From: Daphnia carinata
Lineage: Eukaryota
DNA: 64,000 bases
Direction: 5' to 3'
NCBI RefSeq assembly: GCF_022539665.2
Contig: NC_081331.1
Span: 13,206,001 to 13,270,000, forward strand
Position numbers and translations under genes: made by a program. Of the stretch, positions 22,904 through 35,933 are shown in pieces. Positions within the stretch are counted from its first letter, which is position 1, and the number at the start of each line of letters is the position of its first letter. Below the pieces are notes generated by a model. It saw only the letters and a program-made list of their open reading frames with translations, did no database searches and was not told the origin of the DNA.

Positions 22904-25900
22904 TTATTTAGTCGGTGTAATTGCAGCCTTGCGATTGCGATCAGCTGGCCGGACGTAGGTGGCACCTCCAGCCTTTTCCCACTCTCGAACGAATTCGTGT
23001 TCTAATATTTCTGCTCCTCTCTTACGAGTCAAGCCTGTTTCATCAAGACTTAACTCGCACATTTGCATGTCGTCACGACCAGCAACTAGTAAAACAGGAG
23101 ACTTGTCTGGATGCAACTCCATCTGCCTTGCAATCCATTGCCCATCAAAATGGGCGTACCAATATCCCTTTTTATCGGCAGGTGCACTGTTGCTAGAATC
23201 TGCATTTGGTTTAACAAATGGAATACGAAAGAATCGCTGTGCATCGGACGGAACCATCACTGATGCCCTGGGTCGAAGTACTGGTTTGCTAGCAGCATCC
23301 AATACCTAGGCAAAGATGAAAGAATTTAAGAAAACGTTTTGAATATTTGAATAAAATAATAATAATAATAATAAATAGAAGGAATACGATGTAGAAAAAA
23401 AAAATTAAAAACGTACAGCTTGGGGCACCCTCTGGTTCTCGTCCATTACGGCAGTTCGCTTTTTATTGCGAGCTTTCCATGCGTGGTAAACTTTTAAACG
23501 GCGATGAAATTCTTCTCGACAAGCCTACCAAAAAAGAATAAGAACGATTATGTAATCGATATTAGTGGTCTGAGAATGGTCGGCTACAGTACCTCAAGCA
23601 ATTCAATATCGCAAGATGTATTGATAGTGTCACGCAGCTCAGAATATTTCCATTTCGAGAGGTCATATTTTTTTCCTGCGTACGCAGCTCTTTGCAGCAT
23701 AACAACATCTGAGCGACGCAGTTGACTGCTTAGATCAGCATCATCCACTTGTCCATTGGTTTCCTGGGCAAGACGGAGAGCCAGCTCATGATCACGTCGT
23801 TCTTGCTCCAGTTGTTCCAACAGACGAGTTTGATTGACACCGTTGCGTTCCAGTTCAGCTTGCAGTTGTTCGGCGGCCTGGCGGTCATCCTCTTCTTGCT
23901 TTTTTCGTGTTTCCTCTTCCACTTTACGTTTAATTTCCATTTCTGCTCTCTTTCTCCGGTGCTCTTCTTCTTCCAGTCGCTTTTGCTCCTCTTCCTCTTT
24001 TCGTCGACGTTCACGAGCCATCTCTTCTTGGATTTTCCTTAATTTCTCTTGCTCTTCTGCCGATTTCTGCTGTTCTACTTTAGCTTTAAGAGTTTTCATA
24101 TGTTCGTCAGCCTGTTGCTCGAGTTTGACAAGGACCATCTTTATTTCCTTTTCAGTAATACGTTCGTTCATTTTAAACGACTGGGCAGCGTTTTCCAGAT
24201 CGGCTTGCAACTTCTGCATTTGTTGCACTGAAATTTGTTTATCCTTCAACTGATGAACAATCCTTTCTGATTGTTGGACGGACTGCTGAAGGGCCCGTAC
24301 TTGACGCAACGCCATGATTCGAGGACGGTATCTCTTACGAGCCAAATGCATTCGGACGGTTTTTTGTATAATAATTAATTGCTTGGCTCGGTACAGGATT
24401 TTATTCTTCAGCTTGATGACGCTGAGCGCACACCACTGAGCTTTCTTCCAGCGTGATTTCAATAACCATTGTCTAACGAGATTGACGAGTTTGCGCAAAT
24501 GGTCTGGATCAGACCGCATCAGTGTATCGAACTCGGCGAATTTTCCCGGACGGAAAAAGACTTTTGTCAAGCCAAATTTAAAATCTTGATCGTTAAGGTT
24601 TAACGCTGAAAATTAAAAATACACGGTGTTAAAACTGTCATTCAAATAGTACGTGCTTTCTAAGGCAAGACTAACCTTGGAAAAGTGACCTGCAGAATAG
24701 ACGGGGATCAAGGCGGGCAAGTTGAGGTGGCAATATACTTTTATAGATATTGTATAAATCGATAAATGGGGCTCTCGATGGGTAACCCTGTTGCATCAGT
24801 TCCAAAACTGATGTCATTCCTGAACACTGAAGCTGCGAGAGAATTTGTCCCCCTTCGAACAGATGATCAACCATCTTGAGATTAGGCTTAACACAACGGA
24901 TGAAATTTGTCCCGGTGCTCCGTAGTTTTTCCATCAGTTCATTGAGTTGCATTCGAAACTTGGAACCGACACTAATGAAAGACAATTTTCCTTTCCACTG
25001 CTGTGAGCTGCTACTTGTAGAGGAGACGAATAAACCTGCAAAACCGTTTTATTTTAACCACGTAATTCAGCCTAAAAACCGGTTTAATTAAATACCTTTA
25101 AGGAATGGGTTGTGGCTGTCTTGGATAATACATTCCAGGGAAGCATGAAGGGCGTCATTATTTTTCTCAATGAATTTGGCCGTTTGGTAGCAAACAGCGC
25201 CAGCAAAATGGCGGATTAGAAAGCCTTCATCATCGCGTATTTCCCGGTGATCCCGCAATTTCGATTTTCGCGGCAGAGCTAAACGGAAGTGATTAGGATT
25301 GGCCGAATGAACGGTGGAAGTGAAGTGTGTGTGACTCGATTTCGGAAGTTTTGATTCTTCATCAAGGATACAAAAAATTCCACTGGTACGAGCCTCAATC
25401 AGATCGATGCAATCTTGGTTATCAACATACACAATTTTTTTCACGCCTAGTCCCTCCTTCTCATACAAACACTGTTCTTCCTTTAGTATGCGTTCATTGA
25501 AAAACTGCTGGAGCTTTTCATTGCAATAGTTGATGCAAAATTGCTCAAAACTATTAACGGTGAAATACTCGAAGCCTGCTATATCTAATACACCGACGTA
25601 ATGCACGGATGATTGGAATGGAATGCTTTGATTGATCCGATGAACAATATAGTCAAAAAGACGACTGTAAATTGCTTTTGCTAGCGCATCACGAGCATTG
25701 TTGGCTTCGAATACCTAAGTGCACGAAACGTAAATGTATATAAAAAAGACGTATCAAGTGCCAATAAGTGAAATTACCTTAAGTGGTACCATGATGACGG
25801 TGCCCTTTATCCCTCCTTTACTTGGTTGCATAACTCGAGAAAGCAGAGCGTGATGAAGCTCTTCTGGATCCACACCAATCAAAGCAGAGGCATTTCGCAA

Positions 25901-27363
25901 TGCTTGATGACTGGATTTTGACATTTGACAGCCACCACGAGCATCTTCTGCATTTTCTTCAAATGTTATATTCCCCAGATGTAAGATAGCTGCGACGGCC
26001 GAGTAAATTGCAAGCTTTTCATCGTCAGACATTCCCAGATTACTCATTGCTTTATCTGTCTGCTTAAAGTCTTTCGCATCATCAAGCAATGGATCATTCA
26101 AAGATCCGCGGCTACGATGTTCTTTACTCTTTCTGCAATTCAGAACAAACGTTATGAGAAATTTTTTTGCAAAATATCAATGACTAGAGCAATACCTGTT
26201 TGGATCTAATGAGACCTCAGATCCTTTGGAAAGGAAGTACTGGGTGCAGCTATTGATTATAACACGATGGTATCATAAAAACACGTTTTTTGAATTTTAA
26301 AAAATATGTCAACGTATACCCTTGGGAAAGATAATGAAAGTGATCGGGGCTTTGCAGTTGGAGCTGTTGCTTCAGTTTTTCATTTGCACCAGCGCACAAT
26401 TGATAAAAAAAATGATAGTTGCGTTCTTCCTTACTCTGTGTCACGATACGTGACTTCTCAAGTAGGTAATGCGAGATAAATCCACCAGCAATGGTATATT
26501 TAGAGGTGAAATGGATCTCAATAAATTTTCCGAAACGACTGCTATTATTATTTCGCGTTGTTTTCGCATTACCAAAAGCTTCTAACAAAGGGTTGGCTAC
26601 AAAAAATATTTCAGTTTTGAATTCATTCTTCTAGATACGTCTTGGGGCATAAAAATGTTAAGCTTACCATCTAGGATTTTTTGTTCAATGGGTCCTGCTG
26701 CTACTCCCCCAGATTCACAAAGATACCTAAGGATATATTTAGTCGATTCAGTTTTTCCCGCCCCAGATTCACCTGACACCACAATAGACTGAGATTGCTT
26801 TAAAACTCGCATATCTCTGAAAGCCTTGTCAACTGTATCAAAAAAATATTCCTTTAATTAGTGATTCATTGCCTTTTTTCATAAAATTTATTTACCTATA
26901 GCAAAGACATGTGGAGGCAATGTTCCAAGAGACTTCCCTTGGTATTTCTTGATTGCCTCTTTGCTGTACAGCCCTTTGATTTCAAAGTAAGGATTCACTG
27001 CAATCAGGATGTTGGCTACATATGTGTAAATTTGATCTCTTTTGTAACGTAATGCAACATTATTTAGAAAAGTTGCTTCATTCAAAAACATTAAAGAACC
27101 TATTTAAAAAAGAATATGTAAATTATCCAAAAAGTTATCTAACAAAAAATAGAATTAGGGGTTTTAAGAATTAGGTTACAGTTATCATCAACATCTTTGT
27201 TGTCATCTTCTTCAGCAGGATAAACACGATCATATGCACATCTTATCTCTTTCAGCCCTTGTTCGATTGGCAGGGCAGTTATTGCCTCACTTCCTAAATC
27301 CACTACCTTACCCAGTATGAAACCTCTGTGAACATCAGGGACCCATACTTTCTGGTTGTCCAT
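22904..27363 (-). CDS. MYO6: Unconventional myosin VI (jaguar / myosin 95F)
   Basis: P-loop [34 protein letters not shown], insert-2 region [15 protein letters not shown] single alpha helix, [28 protein letters not shown] motif and cargo-binding [17 protein letters not shown] short upstream exon with ATG at 27558 may add one Met. Confidence 0.96.
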
Positions 27364-30300
27364 CTGTACACACAAAAAAGTAATAACATTTAGTACAAAA
27401 CATTATTTGAATCTGAAGTACACAAGAGATTCTCAAGTACAGTTAACTAATCTGAAACAATCAACGGGTGGAAACAGGGTTTCTTCAGGCTGCCGACCAT
27501 AATGATGGGCGACAGGTTATATTTAGTCTTTGTGTCAACACAAATAATTTCGTACCATTTCTTTTTTAAACACATGCGCATTATTGGGCGCAGAAGGTGG
27601 CACTTCTGCCTTTATAGAACCTTTAGTTGCCATGCTAAATTCAGAGTTACTTCAATTTGCATTTGCACAAGTGTAAACTAGAAGACTCAAACACCGAATG
27701 ATGGGGGTGATTGCACTGACAAAAGCAAGCAGACGATGATGACGATGAAACGTCACCAAATATTGTAGGACCAGTCGAACCAGACTAACTACCAGAAACC
27801 AGTTAACAGTAATCCAGTTTACAAAAGAAACAAAGCCAAGTAGAAAGTAGCGACAAGGTTGCAACTTTAAATTAACGGTTGACCATCTCCAACAGCCAAC
27901 AAGGCATTAAAAATAATGAAAATCTACCATCTCTGGTTACCGAAAGGGGAAAGAAATGTACGTTTGGACTTTGGAATACTGCACTTCAACGTTATACATC
28001 ATAGTTTTGATGATTAAATAAAAGCGAAAATTCGCACCATTCAAGAAAAACCACAATCTTTCGCTTTAAAGACTCCTTAAACGTGATTTTGTCCCACGAG
28101 GTTCGCAACAGATACAGATACTTAGATTTTGAATTTTTAATGCAAGAGACGTGCGGTAGAAGGAAGATGATTCGACAACGGGACAAAGAGATAGTGGACG
28201 ATACCCATCGGTGAAAAACCTCAGGGTTATTCACCTGGCATGCGATGCTAACAGCTAAGAACAGATGGTCGAATGATCATCCTCGCCCTAGCCCACAAAA
28301 CCTCCCTGGTTCGTTCACATTGCCACTGGATGCTTTCCGTACGGTGAATTTCCAGAAAGAAAAAAAATCGGCCAGCATGCCGAGTGAGCTGCTTTTAGCT
28401 TTTGTACTAGTACTTGCGCAGTATAATACTAGCAATGCCGAATGTTACGGGTGGGTTTGTCTGCTTTTTAATGTTTTTTATCCGTGTGAAATGAATTCCC
28501 GTCTAACGCAATAAACTAGGCGGCCACGCCAAACGGAAACGCTGTGCACTACCTTAATGATTGATAAAAGGAAGTGGGAAATTGTTGGTAACAGAAACCA
28601 AAGCACAAAAGAAAGAATGCGCAAAAGAGGGATATGGGAGAAAAAACAAGCACAACAACCGCCTCAATTTCAGACCAGGTGATTTAAGCTTGACCAGTCA
28701 ACCGCTTCTACCAGCCGGATCGATCTGCCAGGGTCGAAAATCGCCTTGCACAAAGCATAAAGCTAGACAAATTGGAAATGAATCCCGGTAAAAATTTGTG
28801 TTTTTCCCCGGAAACTTTCCAGCAAATAAAGCTGATAAGGCCAACAGCTAGTTTTACCTATGAATCATTCGACTATCTTCATCAGATGTCAGACTATAAA
28901 AAAAACAAAAGCCCTACGGTATACACCATTTGCTCTAGGGCGAGAAATGATTCTTGCATTCCACCCTTTGAAAAGAAACATGAAAACTTAGGTCTTTCTT
29001 GCTTGTTTTTGTTGTTTTGTTTCACCTTTTTTTAATACCGCATCAGGTACATAACCAAGTACTATTTAGGTTATAGATTCTGGTGACAAAGCGACGCAGT
29101 GTTGGATTCCCTTCTAACTACCAGTTAAACTAAAGTAGAAAGGGGAGACACAGGATGACAGGAAGTACTAACGTTTCATTTTTTCTCACCTAACTTCCTG
29201 TTGGTAAAACATATGCTGGATCCCCTTCACTTACTCAGTTTTTTGTTAGGGAAAAATTTCACAAAAGAAAAAAATATTACTAGACGTATATTACTAAAAC
29301 GGAAAAAATAGGCTTCGCGCAACACTTGATAATTCATAAAATGATAAGACGGCTTTCGTCAGTGCTTATTTATTCCTGATTCAATGACGTCAACAAGATT
29401 TTTTTTTAAACTCCCATTAGATTAAAACGGCAGTTGATCTTAAGATCGATGGCAATAATAAATAAACTTTCATAAATAGTCAAAACTATTGCAATATTAC
29501 CTTGCTTGTATGTCCTACTGCCTTTGATGTTGCCACCAAGGCGATCGTATGTGATCGCAGGATTGAGAACTGTTAAGTACAGATGGCAAGGGGCTACTAA
29601 TTGAGTGGGATAGCAGCAGATAGAGTATAGTACATAGGTACAGGGAATCACACCTGTCTTAGACCTGGGCTGGGATTGGCCGGTGAACACATGGAATTTT
29701 TTTTTTCAAGCAAACGCCCTCCAGTGTCGGGACGAAACGTCAACTACTAGCCATCTCTGGTCGGCCTCCAATAATGTAGCATAATCTATAATTGAACGTA
29801 TGGAAGATCTAGCTTCATGTTATTCTTTTCTTTTACTGTTAGATCTTTCTTTTTTAGAAAGTTCGTAAAGAATCAAGTTTCATCTAAATAAATACCTTTC
29901 ATTCGAATGAAAGTCGTACCTTTCTTGTAGCAGCAAATTAGTTTGCCTTCTGCTTTCTGGTTGGCTATTCGTGTCTCCCTTTTGCGTGACAATATGGGAT
30001 TTAATCTAGTCCACTCTAGTGAATGCAACTGTGGAGCTTCTCTGGACAACTCGCAAGGAACGAGGTACGTAGCACATTGCTTTGATGAACCATAAAGAAA
30101 CCCTGTACTGTCCGGTTGGGAGGGATTCTACTGTGTGGCCTAGGTCAATAAAACTTTAAACTGATACATTGTCACTTTGGAAACTCACGTCAATAATTAA
30201 AAGAAATCATTTTAAATTTAGATACCGTTTTCAAAACTACTTCTAACGTGTCAAAGCGGATCAAGTCTAAAATTTAATAATATCGTTTCATGTAAGTGAT

Positions 30301-30617
30301 TCGTAATTCTTTTGATTAAACAGAGCAGATAAGATTTCGAGGATAGCAATCCGGAAGAAATAATACGCGGAAGTAGGAAACGTTTGTGTATTTGACGTCT
30401 CGAAGACGAATTACTGGCTTAGGGTGTAAACAACTTATTTATTAAATCATTTCAAATAACAACTTTTTAAATACTGATTGTGACAAACAAGGAATGTAAA
30501 TAAAAACAAGAAAGCGTATACTTATAACAAGACGAGAAAAAAACAAAAAAACAAACAAACAAGACCAATACCATATGAATCCCATAATGAAAAAAGCATA
30601 CAAAAAGCTATATGTAA

Positions 30618-33600
30618 TCACTCATCGGGTGCGTCATTGATTTCTTCACTAGCGACTAAAGGCATTTCTTGGTTGTCTAATGCATCAGATGCCTCTTCCA
30701 CTGGTACAGCGTGAATCATAACATCACTTTTTTCTATTCGGCCATTTTGCAAATTTAGGCATCGTCCCTTGATGGACGTTTTCTGTGGCGGTGAGAAATA
30801 ATTGACAAGGGATCCCACTACGGGAATATGCCGCAGCAAACCCTCCTGCCAAAGTTTCTCTTCTGTTTCCCGCTGTAATTCAGCTTGTGCTTCCTCTATA
30901 CCTTTTCGAATCATCACTGCCATGGTTTCAAGTGCCAAAGTTGATGCCTCGAGATCAAGTCCAGTTTGACGCACTAAATTAGCTAAAGCTTCAACATCGG
31001 TAATGGCCACAACCATTCCAAAACGAACACAAGATAAGCCATCCCTTCCTTCGCCTATTAAAAAAAAATGACATTCGTTTTAGTATATTTGGTTTGAAGG
31101 TATAATTTTGACTAACAAATTACCTAAGGAAAAAGCAGAATCTGTTTCCTTCAACTTTGCAACAAGCTCTCTGTTTATCCTGTTAATTTCTTCCTTGCCT
31201 TGGTCAGGTAATTGTTCAGTGTTGGCTGATCGCCAAGCAGCAGGTAAATATCTTAACAAGAAGCAACGATACTACAATAATATAAATTCGATAACAAGTT
31301 ATTAAATAGGACTAACCTCACTCCTCCAAGCCCTGCCCATCCAGGTAATTCCACCAACTGAAGTTCTCCACCGCTTACTTCTATAATTTTGTTAAGTGTT
31401 TTCTTATGATCAACAGTTGCATTCAAAATTTCCTAGAACACATTAAAAAAAAAAAAAAAAAAAATCAGAAAGTGCTCAAGGGATTTTATGAATGTGGCTG
31501 TTAAACAATACCAACTGCTGGTCAAGGTTTTCAAGAAATTTCTGTAGGTTATCTATGGATGGGAATGATTTGCAATCGTATGGCGAAAAACGAAGTGCAT
31601 ATCCACTGTCGTCAATGTCTATAATGTCCATATGAATTTCTTCACAGGCTCGTTCCAAAACTTGAACCAACTATATCACTCAAAAAGAAACAAAGTTTTT
31701 TATGAGTGTTTAAAATTTTCTACTTTGAAATTTTACCCATAAATTCAAATCGTCTAACAGGTTTCCAGGACATTCCCCAATTTCTTTAGCTTTAGGGCGA
31801 TACTGAAATACTACAACCGGAACGATACTATCCATTAAGACCTGCATTAAAAAATAAAAAACAAATAAATGCGTAATAATTAATCATGCAAAACACTTCA
31901 GAGTGAAACCTGTTCCTCTTACCTCGGGCTTTGTTTTTTCATTATCACATAGCTCTGTGTCATCATCATGAACGTTATTTACTTCATCTTCTTCAACGGG
32001 TGAATCATTTCTTCCAGGCAAATCCCCTATTTCTTCCACTATCTCTATCTTTTTTACTTCGGATGTTTCATCGCCGTTACTTTCGACGACTTCCCCTAGT
32101 TGAACACACTCTAAATCTTCGGTTAAGGTGTCTTTCAATTCCGTACTTGATGACGGTTTGATAGTCTTTGGTACATGGCTCTACAAAATAAATTTTTAAA
32201 TATATCGTTTCCGGTAATATACAAGCCAAACACCGCGTAGATGGAATGTACCATTATTTGAATGTTAGGAATGGTGACAAGGCGATTGATTAGCATCCTG
32301 CTAAGTTCAACCGCCGATCGAAAGCGATTGCTGATGGTTGCGGAGTCCAAATTCTAGAATTCAGAATGAAACTTGTTGTCATCATTGATTCGGTGGAAAT
32401 GAAAAATGGACTTCCACCTGAAGGGCAAACCACAAAGGAACTACGCTGAAAGGCGAGCAGTGGGACGGCGTCAAGCAGGCAGCTCGTTGAAGAGCTATTT
32501 CACAATGACGGTACATTGTCTAGTAAGCGAATCAATTTCGACATTTTTAAACGCTTGCGGATTCGAGCTTTTAATTAAAACAATTATATACCACATATGG
32601 GAGGCTGGGAATACCAAGTAACTGCCTTAGGTCCAAATGCAAACTATCAGCTACCTGAAGAGTCTAACCAATAAAAATAATAGTTATGCAAAAAATAAAT
32701 CAAAGAGATGAGCATACATTAAAAATAGGATTTTTCACCTTTTTGGGCTGATCATGCAGGCTTAGGTGGTTTATCAGATGCCCCTCAAGATGAAGCCAGG
32801 CATTAAAACGCTGTGAAAGTTGAGAGATGGCTACCAAATTATCAACTTGGCCTGTATGATGTGATCCACAAGAGGCAATAATCATTATTGGAACCCTTTT
32901 AGCAGCAAGATCTTCTTGCAATGATTTTTCCATTTTATGAAGTTCATGGCCATTCATTTTCATGACCTTAACACAACTACTTGGGAATCCAAGCTTTTTA
33001 CATACAGCATTAGCCAAAGATGGGATACACAAGGGGCTTATGTAAATGGTGGGTGGACAGGAGTATAAAGCTTCATAGCCTTGTGTGCTGTAAAATGAAG
33101 AAAAATCCCTACTGTAATGTCTGAAATTTGTGAAGAAAAGCAATAACAAATTTGTAAATATACCTGTATTTAGGATAAAGATTCAAAAGTTGCATCTGAA
33201 TTAACTGGACAACTGCTGTCGTTGCTTCCTCATGGGCATAGCAGATTCCATCTGAAACTCTAAATGTAAAAAAAAATATGATCAAGTAACCTAATAAAGT
33301 TTTACACAATAATCATTACCTAAGAAAATCTTGTAGTTGAAAGCAGCAATTCTGTAAAAGTTTGGTGATAACAATTTCTTTTCCCGATGGAATGGCATAA
33401 TCGAGATATCCTGCTAAGGAGTAGGAGCCAAGAACGCCTTTTGTCACATCATCAAGGCCATCAAGGACGGTATCATCGTGCAAATACTCCGCGATAATAG
33501 CTCGAAACTTAGTTAGCACTTCGTTAGCATTTTTCACTGAAGTGGAACCGATTTCTTCGGTTTCTAATATGGTTTCTGTGTCGGAACCTTCTTTTCCACT

Positions 33601-33648
33601 ACCATCCAACAATTCTTTTGATGATTCATAAACGCTTTCTATGTCCAT
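30618..33648 (-). CDS. PDXDC1: Pyridoxal-dependent decarboxylase domain-containing protein 1-like
   Basis: Multi-exon. GQVDNL...WLHLEG, ADSL, ALRFSP, LPGWAGLGGV, DSAFSLG, CVRFGMV and LWQEGLLRHIPVVGSLVNYFSP. There is no HK at the expected PLP-lysine position (ADSLHLDLRQLLG), consistent with this subfamily. Confidence 0.85.
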
Positions 33649-34587
33649 TTTTAATTTTAAAGTTTAAACTAGACAGAATACTTCCGTCTTAAAAAACTGA
33701 CAGACACGTCGACATTACAATGTGTCGTGTCAACAATCAAATGTTGTTTAGAATTTCAAGGCCTAGCAACTGTCTTAAAAACTTTCACCAGTTCAACATG
33801 GTCTACGTCTAGCGCCACGGCGTGGTGAAAAAGAAAAATTAATATGTGGTTAGCTGGTTACCATTATGTAGCCACAACGGTAACGTGAATAGGTACTGTA
33901 CACATGACTGGTAAAGAAAACCACATCGAAAGGCTCCGCTAGGAGTTATATGCCTTTCGTTCGTGCATCATAGGCTTTGGTGTCAGTGGAAAGAAATTCT
34001 GTCGTAGCATAGAATTAATTTGTGTTGTCCGTTACGCTATTTTCTGAATTAATTTGGGTTATTGACTCTTTACTTTCCGAAAGGTATGGCAGTTCATTAT
34101 TGCGAGGAAATTAAACGTTAACCACACATGATTACCGCGCATCGAAACCCTGCACTTTACCCAATCTTCTCCTGAATCCCGCGTTTTACGTAGTCCCGAA
34201 AATGCTTGGCTGTATTACAAGTTTAACAGTTTACCCTTTGACGGTCCCGTCTAGCAGTCTGCCCTTTTACGCTATGCATAATGTGCAATAACACATCATG
34301 GTGCATAGTGGCTATACAGTGTCTACACGTCTCATTGCAACACGATAGCGCCAGAAAGTTCTGTTTTTGAGTTAAACGAAATCTCAACTTACAACAGTTT
34401 AGAGAAAAACAGCGTTCTTCCTCAAGTAATTCAGCCTACTGAAAAGACATTTGTAGTTTACATCATTATGGGTTTTTCTTCGTGAAACCTGAAACGAAAA
34501 TAGCTGAACTTTTTTCTTGTTGCTGTGATTGTTGCAACGCTATTTGTTCTGTATTTCCACTTAGTCTTGGTTTTGCCAAAGCCAAAA

Positions 34588-35262
34588 ATGGTGAAAGATA
34601 AGCCAAATTCGACTCGGGTGTATGATGACGATGGTTATCGAAAAAGGGCAGCTTGTGTGTGTGTCAAAGAAAATGACCAAAATCAAGTAAGTTTATATCA
34701 GTTGTGAATTTCATTAAGACAATTATTACAATGAATGACAAAAATGATTACCTGTGGCAGATTCTCCTTGTATCATCTTCCAATGAGAGCAGCAGTTGGA
34801 TAGTTCCTGGTGGTGGGCTTGAGCCTGAAGAAATACCTCCCGAAACTGCGGTTCGAGAAGTCATGGAAGAGGCTGGCGTTTCCGGTCGTCTGGGCGTTTG
34901 TCTAGGTGTTTTTGAAGTATTGAATTATTAAGTAACCATCATATATTCATCTTTGTATAAAATCCCTTTACTTTTTGAATTCTAGAACAACGAGAGAAAA
35001 CATCGAACTACTGTCTACGTTCTACATGTAACAGATGAACTATCTGAATGGGACGATTCAAAAACAATCGGTTGTATTTCAATCATTTCAAGTCGAAGTT
35101 ATAGCATTTTTATGCTAATTCGTTTTATCGCTTTGCCTTATTTTATCAGGGAGGCGTCGTAAATGGTTTCAGTTTGACGAAGCCCTTGATCATTTAACTG
35201 CTCACAAGCCTCTGATGGCTCAATGGCTGCTGAACATAGCAAAAGCTGGCGCCCCAAGATAA
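34588..35262 (+). CDS. NUDT3: Diphosphoinositol polyphosphate phosphohydrolase (NUDT3/4, Aps-like Nudix hydrolase)
   Basis: Four exons. MVKDKPNSTRVYDDDGYRKRAAC, Nudix box PGGGLEPEE....AVREVMEEAGV, KHRT.VY, WDDSK.IGRRRKWF and HKP. Confidence 0.92.
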
Positions 35263-35933
35263 TTTCCTTGAAAATCTTATCATTAACGCCTGAATGCGGC
35301 TCCATTATATATTATTATCTTGCTCCTGAAAATTAGGCTCTAGATAATTAGGTCTAGTCAGCCTCCAAGTAACTGAGTAACCCCAGGATACTGCTGAAAA
35401 TCTTTGATTCTGCTCTTCCATAATTTTTCCTATCCTTTACCCTTTTTTTATTTTTCCGAATGAGTAAAGATTTTTACAACTTTTACATTTAACCGTTTTG
35501 GCATTGCAAAAACTCGTTGCATGGGAATGTTTGTAAGCGAGATTAACGAACATTAGTACGACAATGGCAAGGCGTCCAAGTTGCTCCCTTAAGTGATGGT
35601 GCTGGAGATGAACTTTATTTTTTAGTTACAGACAGTGCAAAAAGAGTTTTTGGTGTTGGAAACAAACGGATTTAACGAGCGATATAATAAATGAATTATT
35701 TACACTTGTTTAATCTGTTATTCAGATGAAGTCATGCTAGTCATGAAAGCAGCCCAAACGAAACAAGAAAAAATTAATAACAAAAAAAAAACATGCTTAT
35801 CGAAAAGCGTAAATTTTTTGTGAAATTGTTTTTCCACAGTATACTAGCCCGGGAATTTACATCGTGAAAATCCAACATAAAGAAATTCTTTAAATTTGAA
35901 CAAAAGATTATAATTAAATGACTTGGTTGCAAC

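Noticed and set aside
28377..28452. Signal-peptide-like ORF start MPSELLLAFVLVLAQ followed by a possible donor
   Set aside because: I could not find a convincing downstream exon.
29406..29690. 94-aa minus-strand ORF
   Set aside because: No motif. A CAAG/GTAAT donor near 29500 suggests a non-coding upstream exon, perhaps of myosin VI.
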